Of a DNA stretch of 64,000 nucleotides, positions 52,928-64,000 are shown piece after piece. Source of the stretch: Octopus vulgaris (Eukaryota); assembly GCA_951406725.2 (NCBI GenBank), contig OX597816.1, positions 168,206,001-168,270,000 of the forward strand. Reading direction: 5' to 3'. How positions within the stretch are numbered: the first letter of the stretch is position 1; each line of letters begins with the position of its first letter. The notes below the pieces were generated by a model, which saw only the letters and a list, made by a program, of their open reading frames with translations, did not search any database and had not been told where the DNA came from. Made by a program: the position numbers and the translations under genes.

Positions 52928-53241
52928 ATGTTTCAGTCATTTGATTGCAGCCATGCTGGAGCACCGCCTTTTAGTCAAAGAAATTGACCCCTGGACTTAT
53001 TCTTTGCCAAATCGCTAAGTTACAGGAATGTAAACACACCAACTTCAGTTGTCAAGTGAAGGTGAGAGGGACAAACACAGACACAAACACAAACATAAAT
53101 ATATACATATATATGACAGGCTTCTTTCATTCACAAAGCTTTGGTCAGCCCAAGGCTATAGTGAAAGACACTTGCCCAAGATGCCACAGAGTGGGATTGA
53201 ACCCGGAACCATGTGGTTGGGAAGCAAGCTTCTTACCACAC
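52928..53241 (-). mobile_element. SINE family C, diverged with deletions
   Basis: Colinear with family C. Confidence 0.8.
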
Positions 53242-53805
53242 CCTTTCTGTGTAATATGAGATATAATGAGGTGGAAATGATTGAAAGGTTTTATAGATAT
53301 ACAATACCATGCCTCTATAGTTGGTTATAGTAGGATTAATATTAGAAGTAAATCTCTGACTAAAAAAGAACGCTATCAATAGTTTGAGGAGTTCAATTTT
53401 AATTTCTATAATTAAAACTGAAGATGTGTAAGAAGTAGAAAGTGGTGATTGCATTTTTACCTGCTTGATATTGTGATATTGGTCTCTATTTCAAGTACTT
53501 TATTATATTCTTATTTCTTGATTAAACTAAAATGATGTGAAAGTTGACAAGGCACAGATGTGAAAATGAAGTTTAAGGTACTGCAACATTGGAGTATTTT
53601 ACTGTATTACAAACTAAGAAACCTATATGAGTTAAAAGTGACCTAAATAAAGAGAGAGTAAGGGGTGAAGATGCTGAGGAATTGAGTTTTTATTTTAGAG
53701 AACTCTTTAAACTTTAAAATCATCATCATCATCATCATCATTTAGCGTCCGTTTTCTATGCTAGCATGGGTTGGACGGTTCAGTAAGAGAAACATATATA
53801 TATCT

Positions 53806-54203
53806 CTTTTACTCTTTTATCTCTTATTTGTTTCAGTCATTTTACTGTGGCCATGCTGGAGCACCACCTTTAGTCGAGCAAATCAACCACAAGACTTATT
53901 CTTTGGAAGTCTAGTACTTATTCTATCGGTCTCTTTTTGCCAAACCGCTAAGTTACAAGGACGTAAACACACCAGCATCGGTTGTCAAGCGAAGGTGGGT
54001 GGACAAACACACACACACACACATTTATATATATACATATATACAACGGGCTTCTTTCAGTTTCTGTCTAACAAATCCACTCACAAGGCTTTGGTCAGCC
54101 CAAGGCTATAGTAGAAGATACTTGCCCAAGGTGCCACACAGTGGGACTGAACCCGGAACCATGTGGTTGGTAAGCAAGCTACTTACCACACAGCCACTCC
54201 TGC
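53806..54203 (-). mobile_element. SINE family C
   Basis: Full-length copy. Confidence 0.88.
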
Positions 54204-54701
54204 ACTTATATAATAGCTTTTGGAAAAGCTATGTAGTCTCAAGGTTATATTGCAGATGTTAATTCTACTGTCTTTTGACAAGATTCAAGATTTAACATGC
54301 AAAGATGTTTTGCTAGTAAAATAATAACTTGGAAAATAATTAGAAAATCTACAATACCCACCTCAGTAATGGAATTAAATTGTTTGCATTTGAAGACGTG
54401 TACAGTTTAATTGTCACCACCTTTAAGTCATCTGGAGAAGAATAAAGGTCAAGAACTGTTATACAGGATTATTATTCTTGTAAAGTTACACATTTATTTA
54501 AGAGCTTTGAAACTATTTGTAAGTAAAAGGAAAAACAAAATACAGTTCTGGATATATTGGTTCTCTCTGTAGTAGCCCTCAAGTTTAAAGTTTTTAGACA
54601 TGTATACACTTGCACAAATTAAATCACCCAGTAAATTTTACCTTGGTGTTCAGCTTAAATTCTGATTGGCTCCAGGTTGACGAACTAACTCTAATAAACC
54701 T

Positions 54702-54860
54702 GCAGGTGTGGCTGTGTGGTAAGTAGCTTGTTTACCAACCACATGGTTCCGGGTTCAGTCCCACTGCGTGGCACCTTGGGCAAGTGTCTTCTCCTATAGC
54801 CTCGGGCCGACCAAAGCCTTGTGAGTGGATTTGGTAGACGGAAACTGAAAAAAGCCCATC

Positions 54861-54907
<47 letters not shown>

Positions 54908-55136
54908 CGTGTCTATGTTTGTGTGTCTGTGTTTGTCCCTCTAGCATTGCTTCACAGCTGATGCTGGTGTGTTTATGTCCCCGTTACTTAGCGGTTCGGC
55001 AAAAGAGACCGATAGAATAAGTACTGGGCTTACAAAAGAATAAGTCCTCGATTAAGTTGCTCGATTAAAGGCAGTGCTCCAGCATGGTCGCAGTCAAATG
55101 ACTGAAACAAGTAAAAGAGTAAAAGAGTAAAAGAGA
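54702..55136 (+). mobile_element. SINE family C
   Basis: Full-length copy. Confidence 0.9.
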
Positions 55137-56359
55137 ATGAGTATCGCAAAAAACATTCACAAGACTCATGCACAATCACAATACCTTTCCTAAATTAAGA
55201 TATAATTCACTTAAAAAAAAGACACTCCTAAAGTTTTTGATGAAATTATAAATTATATAAACTGCCAATATACTCAATTATATCATTTCATTTCCAAACT
55301 AGTACTATGTATTCCTACTCATCCATTGAACTATGTAATATCTACAGCAGCACGAAGCCTTGTCAGTGAACAGGTCACGATCTCAAAGTGACAAAAATAT
55401 TTTAACAAATTAAATTTAAATGTTGAAGCAAATCTAACGGTTTTGTGTGTTTCTTAAATAGCTTATAAAAACCTTCCATGCTGCAATTGTTTTCATTCCA
55501 GCACACGATCTCAGATCAAGTCACTCGCTATGCAAGTACATCTCTGTATGTAACATCTGTTTTCTTAATACTTATTTATCATTTATGTTGTATTTCTAAA
55601 TTTATATACTTATTGGCTAAGCTGAATCATCTGAGAGTTGGACAAAATACCTTTTGATGTTTGTTCTAACCCAAGGTCGTCATTGTATCCTACCTTCTGG
55701 GTTCAATAAAAGTACCAGTAAAGTAAACAAATCAATTTATTCAGTTACATCTCTCTCACCAAATTTCTGGCTTTGTACTTGTCTTAGAAACAATCATCTT
55801 ATTGTTTCAGTTATAACTCAAGGAGTCCTTGAAAATATGCTGCTAATGTTGGCCTTATCATGGGCCTTCAACTATAAATGTTTCATTCCCTGCTTAATCT
55901 GTTTATACAATGCAATCTACTGCAATTTTATAGTTGAAATAAACTACCTAAATTTTTGAAAATATATAGTTCACAAAGGGATCCAAACATAATTATGTTA
56001 GTATACATGCCCTAAGTACATGAACTAACAAGGGAGCTTCTACATGGTCACCCACTCTACTAAAAATAGTAGCAAAATCTTCCTCAGCTCACAGTTTATT
56101 ATCTTAGAAACCATGGTTCTGTGTTCACCATGTCATGAATAAAACCTGATGTGTCTTTAGTAATCAGGCTGACAGGACACCTCTTTCAACATCACAAGCA
56201 CAACCACCACCCACATTAAGGGTACCAGCTAACAAAGATCCTCCATGCCAGGGTAATTTTTTCCCCTACAAGTGAAATTTTTTCCACAATCAAATACGAA
56301 ATCCCTAACTCAGCAAAAAATTCAAGTTTTATGTCCAAAAAAATTAAACTAAAATTGCA

Positions 56360-56752
56360 TAGGTGTAGGAGTGGCTGTGTGGTAAGTAGCTTGCTTACCA
56401 ACCACATGGTTCCGGGTTCAGTCCCACTGCGTGGCTCCTTGGGCTAGTGTCTTCTACTATAGCCTCCGGCCGACCAAAGCCTTCTGAGTGGATTTGGTAG
56501 ACAGAAACTGAAAGAAGCCCGTCATATATATGTGTGTGTATGTGTGTGTGTATGTTTGCATGTCTGTGCTTGTCCTCCCAACATCGCTGGTGTGTTCACG
56601 TCCCCGTAACTTAGAGGTTCAGCAAGACAGACTGATGGAATAAGTACTAAGATTACAAAGAATAAGTCCTGGGGTTCGATTTGCTTGACTAAAGGTGGTG
56701 CTCCAGCATGGCCACAGTCAAATGACTGAAACAAGTAAAAGAGTAAAAGAGT
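56360..56752 (+). mobile_element. SINE family C
   Basis: Full-length copy. Confidence 0.9.
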
Positions 56753-57292
56753 ACCTATGAAGTTATAAAATTAAAAATTCATTTTTTTAACAGGTAAGCA
56801 CTTTCAATTCGCGTTGCTACTGAAATGGTCCCCTAACACTAATCTATGTGATCACTCAACCCTTCAGAAATAGAAGCTAAATCTTCCTAAAATCAAACCC
56901 TACCCTCTATAAAACAGGAATAATGTAATCTTGATATACAATATGGTGAGAGAGTCATGTTTTTAAATATCACCTGTTGTAATGAAAGAACAGATACCCA
57001 TTTAATGATGCAAAAATTTTAGTTCCATGTATGACACAGCTTGCAGTAAGAGTTAGCTCTTACTGAACTCTGACTTCAGAATAAATATGGTCCCAGCAAA
57101 TTTTCTTGCTTTCCTCAATGGACAGGTAAACACTTTTTTTGTCATTCTTGCTTTCCTTTGAAGCAATTACTCATGTAAATTATACTGTGACATTGTTTGA
57201 GATACTATTATTCTCTGTGGTATGATTCATTTAAGAAGGTGAAAATATTTAATAGTTAAAATATCTAATCTGAGGAAACTTTAATTTTTTTA

Positions 57293-57331
57293 CTCTCTGC
57301 CTCTCTGTCTCTGTTTCTGTCTGTCTCTGTC

Positions 57332-57406
<75 letters not shown>
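57293..57406. repeat. (CT)n microsatellite
   Basis: Directly visible; source of the ERER ORFs. Confidence 0.95.
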
Positions 57407-57410
<4 letters not shown>

Positions 57411-58104
57411 ATATATAAAACATTGATTTATTTGAAGCAGTGAAAAAGTAAGACATTTGTTCTCTTTTCTAATACTGATAAAGAAAACAAAGAATTTTAT
57501 GTGCAACATTATATGTATCCAATAAAGTTGGCTGTCTAGATGTAATTAATGAAGCAGCGGATCATAGTTCACTAGCTTAATACAAGTTCTTGCGTGTGTG
57601 AGTATGTATTTATGTCAGTGTGTGTGTATACGAAAACATTTCACAGCGCTCACCTCTTCCTTCAGCCTATACTTTATTTTCTCACTCCCACTTTTGACTC
57701 AGTATATTATATCCTTCTATTGTTAAACATGATAAAACCAACAAACAAAAACTGACAAGGCCTTTTGTAGACAAAGCTTATTACAAAGCTGCACATTTAA
57801 GAGAACAGAAAATGGTTTTGTGTGACATTCTCAAAAGAGTTACTGGCATATAGCTGCGACTAAAAGTCAGTGTCTCCTCAAAGGTAGTTTCTTGGTGTAA
57901 AGGAGGACTGTCCACCAGGTTTAACTTCTGTAGATGGACATGGGATTACATAGGCCAATGCAAGATTCACAAGTGCAATCACAAATCAGGCTTTTCTTGC
58001 TTCATAGAAGTGTTGGTTATTTCATATTGCTTTCTGCTCTCCCATTTATTGGTAAGATTCAGGACATGCTGTGTGAATATATTGGGTTGTATTATAGTGG
58101 ATCT

Positions 58105-58444
58105 CAGGGACCCTCTTCGGTCACGACACTGACCATGGGATTGCAACTAGAAAGTTACCCTCCTAGTCACAAGTCTGGGCAAGGTGGTTTATGGAAGACC
58201 AGCAGTCGCCCATGCATACTGGCCTCCCCTCTCCATGTCACTGATGTTGTCCAGGGGAAAGGCAAAGGGGCCGATACAGCTTGGCACCTGTGACATCGCA
58301 ACTCATTTCTACAGCTGAGCGAGCTGGAGCAACGTGAAATAAAGTGTCTTGCTCAAGAACACAATGCACAGCCCGGTCCGAGATTCGAGCTCACAACCTC
58401 ACGATCGTAAGCTCGACGCTCTAACCATTGAGCCATGTGCCTTC
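58105..58444 (-). mobile_element. tRNA-derived SINE, family E, with 11-bp TSD
   Basis: TSD atagtggatct at 58094-58104 and 58445-58455; A box TGGCTCAATGG. Confidence 0.85.
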
Positions 58445-60099
58445 ATAGTGGATCTATCTCTAGTTAAATTGGTTATTTATCAATGATCCCCACTTGTACA
58501 CAGTGAATCCAAACTTTTTCATATTTCCTTTAAGCATGTTTGACTTGCTTCTATTGTCCTCTCAGTGTACACTTGTCTTTCATTCAGCTGGGAACAAAAC
58601 AATAGTCTGGGAAATCAGTAGACTGCCATTTGTATGACATAGCCAGCCTGTTGAAGCTGATGTCATGTAATCATAGTTTTAGGGAAGGAGGTTTGATGCA
58701 TCTATCACCATCTGCAATCACCATCTTTGAAGTTGTACGATTCACTTCTGCCTATTTAAATGGAGTTTGAATTTCCCTGTACCTCTAGCATGGGAAACAC
58801 AAAAGATTGTTAGTACTTTCCAGAGTACTGCTTTGAGTAACTAGGTGGAGGTCAGGGAAGGAGGGATTTAATGTCTTTTTCACAAGCTGATTCTGAGGAA
58901 TGTCATATACCCATTCAATCAGTGTCAAGACCTGCCATGGCTAATGCCTTCTCCACAGGGCTCTTTAGATTGTCACTAAGTACGCTTTTGTATCTCACTT
59001 AGCAGTTCAGCTTTCATCCAACAATTTTGCTTTACATCCACCAATACATTAAGAAACTAGCAAACGCACCTGTCCTTTGGGCGGTTTAAGTTGCTTTCGT
59101 GGTATTTTTTTCACCAAATAATTGAACTACTGAGGTTTATGAGTAGCATGGCAATCTGTTTCCAATTAACCTAGGAACAGAAAATCAAATTGAAGGCTGG
59201 TTATAGTGGAGATTGTTGCACTTTGATTATCATAGAACATATAAGTTTGCAAGCAATGCAAAGTAGAGCTATTGAAGTGTTTTGGGAGTAGATTACAGAT
59301 AATGACTACAAAATATAGTTGTTTTACATGAAAGTGAAATTTCTCGTCAGAAACAGCCTCATAAATGGTGTAAGGAAATTGAAGGAAGATGTTGAAACTT
59401 CCCCTCTGCGAGTTTATTTTTTTAACAGCAAAAGGAACTATTTTTTTCGAAGAGAAAAGCTAACAAAAGCCCCTTAATTCTATCTTCCCACATAGCGTGC
59501 TCATAAACTAACAGTGAATGCTGGGTAAAGTTAAATTGGTATGGAGTTTCCTGAAAGATATGAATAGCTTTCGCTAGTGGAAGCAAAACTCTTATTTAAA
59601 GGTTGATTCTTTGGGACAAATCAAATGTGAGCATTTTAAAAAGGCTAGAATGACAATGCTAAAACCTATTTGAAACAATGGACAGCAGTCGAAATATCAT
59701 AATGGCTGGGTAAAGAAACATCCTTAAAGTGAAACAACGGTATCAAAGGTAAAAAAAAAGGTATCAGTAATCAGAAGAGAGGGAAGGGAACATCACATCT
59801 CAAGTAACTCAGAATAGGTAAAGGTAAGCTTGCCAAAGTTTAATGCAGTTTCAATATGTAGAATAAGATAGTTTGGTATTGGATATTCATCATGTATAGT
59901 TTTCCTAGTCAACTGAATCACTGTCGTAAGTGGACAGCAGAAATAAATATATGAAATCCTTTCACTTTTATAAAAACGTTAAAAAGAAAATGAGAGCAAA
60001 AAGCACTCATTTTTTCACAATGAAAAATCGTTTCCAAGTAGCCAGAATTTCATGACAAAATGTATGTTTATTAAGCACAACAGCCTGCAGTGCATGCCA

Positions 60100-60354
60100 C
60101 TAGGCATTAAAAGCCAATTGCACAAACCTAGAGGGGCTCTGGGCCCCCTTGAATCGATACAAAATCACTCTTTTTGTCATAGTAACCACATCTTTATAGC
60201 TTGCGAATTTTAACCATCGTGGGTCTCATCCTCACCACGCATTTAGTATCCCTGCCAATTTTCAGCTCAATCCTAGCCTCGGTTTGGCTGCCATTAACCG
60301 TCAAAGCAAAATGTGCATACAGTTTTCGTCCAAGGACTGTTTTATAGATATAGA
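60100..60354 (-). mobile_element. Probable non-autonomous Helitron-like element
   Basis: Minus strand starts TCTATATCTATAAAA, has a GGGGC-ccaga-GCCCC hairpin and CTAG|T at the 3' side. Confidence 0.45.
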
Positions 60355-61263
60355 CAACAAAATTTCTTTCAAACAATTGTAAGGTAATCAAGGTAATTTA
60401 CCTTTTCAAAAAAAAAATGTTATGAAAGACCCTTCCTCCAGTAATATAAATTAACTAAAGAGTTAAAAATGAAATGACAGAAAATAACACCTATAACATC
60501 TGACTCTGAATCCTAAATGCAATTAAATGAATAATTAGAACACTGTAACAAAAAAAAAATGCAACTCCTTGTTTTATTGATATGAGTTACCATAATGCTA
60601 CTATTGTAAAAAAGACAAAAGGTCCCAAGAAAAAGAGGATAAACAGTACAAAACAAGTGCACTTTGAAAGGTAATGATCAGAGGATACCACCCAGACATT
60701 TTTAAGTATATACGAAATATGTGATATATAAACATAAAAAATTATATATCCCATCACCATCACATCCCCAAAATAAAGATTAAAAAAAACCAGACTATTT
60801 ACTTAGTGGAGACAAAGTCACTTGCACTTCGGTGAAATAGGATAGTTTTCATTTAACCTGAACATAAATGTGCTACAGGTTTATATTCTCCTCCATCATT
60901 CAACTTGAGACGGTTGACATTTCTTTTCTCACTGGTGGAAATTTTAGTAGGAAGTGTTAGATTTCTCTTCTGTTTTTTTGGTATGGAAAGTATTTCATAG
61001 TTTGAATTATTTCAATTAATTTGTACCAAAGGTAAACAATACTGATTTTCTTAGCTTCTGGTGTTTTTCTACAGAAAAAGGTAATGAGGGTTTCATTGGA
61101 GAGGAGAATATGAATGCTTAACCCTTTTGGTCATATCTATATTTACTATAACTTTTAACCTAGCTACCTAATCATCTCTAAGTATTTTGCAAAATAAAGA
61201 AAGCAGATGTTCTAAGTATTCCTAGGTACAAAACACTGCAACCAAGTGGTTGTACTCTGTTAA

Positions 61264-61632
61264 ATCATCATCATCATCATCATTGTTTAACGTCCGTTTT
61301 CCATGCTAGCATGGGTTGGACGGTTCGACTGGGATCTGTGAAGCCAGAAGGCTGCACCAGGCTCCAGGTTGATCTGGCAGTGTTTCTACAGCTGGATGCC
61401 CTTCCTAACGCCAACCAATCCGTGAGTGTAGTGGGTGCCATTTACGTGCCACCAGCACAGGTGCCAGGCAAGGCTGGCAATGGCCAGGATCAGATTGGTG
61501 CTTTTTTCGTGCCACCAGCATGGAAGCCAGTCAAGGCGGTGCTGGCATCAGCCACATTTGGATGGTGCTTTTTACGTGCCACCGGCACAGAAGCCAGTCG
61601 AGGCGGCACTGGCATCGGCCACGTACGGATGG
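61264..61632 (-). mobile_element. RTE 3' UTR fragment
   Basis: (CAT)n plus gtccgttttccatgctagcatgggttggacgg. Confidence 0.85.
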
Positions 61633-61884
61633 TTAAATGATATAGTTATTTAATACACCATTATCTCTTTAAAGTGTTACAGCCTTTCAACTCTTTTGAG
61701 GTCGACTTTGCTGTCTGATATCAATATTCAGTATAGTTAAATGCTTTTTACTTATATGTATTGATTAGAGCAGGGCTTCTCAGAAAAGTCCATATGGACA
61801 TAGACTCCTAGTACTAAGGTGACACTCACTCACCTGCTGCACTCTTTCTACAATAATTAGTAAGCAAAACATCCTCTTTAGTAC

Positions 61885-62117
61885 AAAGGCGGCGAGCTGG
61901 CAGAAACGTTAGCACGCCGGGCGAAATGCGTAGCCGTATTTCGTCTGCCGTTACGTTCTGAGTTCGAATTCTGCCGAGGTCGACTTTGCCTTTCATCCTT
62001 TCGGGGTCGATAAATTAAGTACTAGTTACGCACTAGGGTCGATGTAATCGACTTAATACCTTTGTCTGTCCTTGTTTGTCCCCTCTGTGTTTAGCCCCTT
62101 GTGGGTAGTAATGAAAT
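61885..62117 (+). mobile_element. tRNA-derived SINE, family A, with 14-bp TSD
   Basis: TSD atcctctttagtac (61871-61884) / atcctctttaatac (62118-62131); B box GAGTTCGAATTC. Confidence 0.92.
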
Positions 62118-62693
62118 ATCCTCTTTAATACTGTTGCTATGAAAAATACACCAAGTACACACTGTAAAGTGGTTGACAAATGAGAAGAGAAAGCATAGGG
62201 TTGCGAGGACCCTTTAGTCCTGTCTTGCCAAGGACTTTTTTTCAATCTCTCTAGTCTTTGGGCCACAAGAAATTTCACCCAGTATAACCTGTAATTTACC
62301 TGAAATTTACCCTATTTCAGATATCATTGTTTTAAAATTGAAACTTATCAAATTACGAAATTAATTTGGAATCCAATAGAGAAAGAACATTGATTGCTAA
62401 ACACCAAAAATTATCCAGATATACTCTTATGAAATACATCTACCAACATTATAAAGTTACCAAGCCTACAGAAACAGCTATTAGACATTTAACACTATAG
62501 CTTCTCCCTTATATTTTGTATCTTGATACTCTGTGAAAGTTCGCTCTGTTAATATAGAAATATCTAAATATTTATACATGACTGTTCATCATCTGAAAAT
62601 TTTCAGTCTTTGCTTTCTCTCTATTTACATATATACATGTATGTAAATTTTGTATATCTAACCCAAGTAGTTTTATTTGTATATTTGAATAAG

Positions 62694-62858
62694 AAGGGGC
62701 TGAGGACTGATCCTTGGTGGAGGTGGACCCCTACCCCTACTCGTCACCAGCCCTCACCTTACTGACAGCATCCCTGTACATGGCTTGTACAGCTCTCACT
62801 AACCATTTATTTATCCCTAGTTTCTTCATTGACCACCAGATAAGGGATTGGGGGACCC
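62694..62858 (-). mobile_element. RTE RT fragment
   Basis: WWSMKKLGINKWLVRAVQAMYRDAVSKVR...HQGSVLSP. Confidence 0.8.
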
Positions 62859-63199
62859 ATGTGTGTGTGTGTGTGTGCGTGTACATACATGTATATATGT
62901 ATGTATACATATATACATATGAGTCTAGGTAAGTGGCGCTGTGAGCTGATCTAGGTGTATACACACTATTTGTCAACAAGTGAGATAAATTCTCTATGAC
63001 AAAACACAGTGAGTAGCTTGTTCCCCAATTCAAATGTGCATCAAGCATATTCAGACTGATAGTAACATTACAATATATCTATTTATATATGTATATTTAT
63101 TTATATATGTATATGTATTTATTTACCCATGTATGTATATTGGATATATATATATGTGTGTGTGTATAAATATGCTTGCTTTCTTTTGTATGTATATAT

Positions 63200-63247
<48 letters not shown>

Positions 63248-64000
63248 TTGCTTGCTCTTGCTTCAATGGGGCTGGGTGTCATTTCAAGTTACTGGTCACT
63301 GAGGTATCATTGTGCATAAAGCCAACCAGGTCCACCGGTGCTCTTCATTGGTGGAGGTCCCATGCCAGCCCCTCTGCATCCTCCAAGATGACTCTGAGCT
63401 TCTGGAGATCTTTCTCAATCATGAACACCCATATGGCATAGAACCTGCTCTGGGGCCTCTTCCAGCCTGAAGTTGCTGTGTCAAATGAGATTAAGGTCCT
63501 AGTAGGATGATTTGGTCAGAGGCAAAGGATATGCCAATACCAGCACATGCAGTGGATAGCTACAAGGTGAGCGGCTGTCAGTTGGAAATGTGAGGATACC
63601 ATCTGAACCTCTTAACGGTTCCTAGGGCTTTGCAATCAAAGCTGTAGATCCTCATTTTCTTCTGTTTTGTTTTTTAATATTTCTTTTATTTTTTATTGCA
63701 AATCTTTTAAGTTCAAATTTCTTTGTATTAAGCTAAAACATTCTGTTTTGTTTTTGTATTATACTGACAGTGATACCTGCCGTTGATTGGGTAATTACTT
63801 TTACTGTTTCTTGGGAGCCACATTCAAAGTATTATATGTATATAATTTGCTCCTCCTGTATATGTGTATTTTTATAAGAGAAAAATATGTAATAATTGAA
63901 GTAGAAAAAAGTCCAATTTCATACATGAACTTGTGTTTGTTTATTATATGACAATAATAAGTTTTATGTGTTATTTTATTTATCAATACAGTAATGGTAA

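Overview
AT-rich, microsatellite-dense animal non-coding DNA (intron or intergenic). The repeat repertoire looks like a coleoid cephalopod (Octopus); this is inferred from recognising the repeats, not verified. I found no intact host gene. The long ORFs are microsatellite artefacts or broken transposon ORFs. The window is a mosaic of tRNA-derived SINEs (about six architectures), RTE/CR1/HERO/L2 LINE remnants, Penelope-like element (PLE) remnants, Tc1/mariner/maT/pogo/Merlin DNA transposon remnants, MITEs and Helitron-like elements, plus a 2.38-kb tandem duplication. The most interesting signal is a family of about 490-nt non-coding elements carrying type I hammerhead ribozyme (HHR) motifs with palindromic stem III. 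They are arranged as direct plus inverted partial repeats in or beside TA/CA microsatellites, with covarying ribozyme stems and a shared downstream box (best copies 27678-28450, 16030-16549 and its duplicate, 34141-34610). They are candidate retrozyme-like or non-autonomous PLE elements. Also notable: a permuted hammerhead-like motif in a HERO-like LINE 3' UTR, a reversed-ends transposition footprint with an 8-bp TSD, and locally templated insertions.
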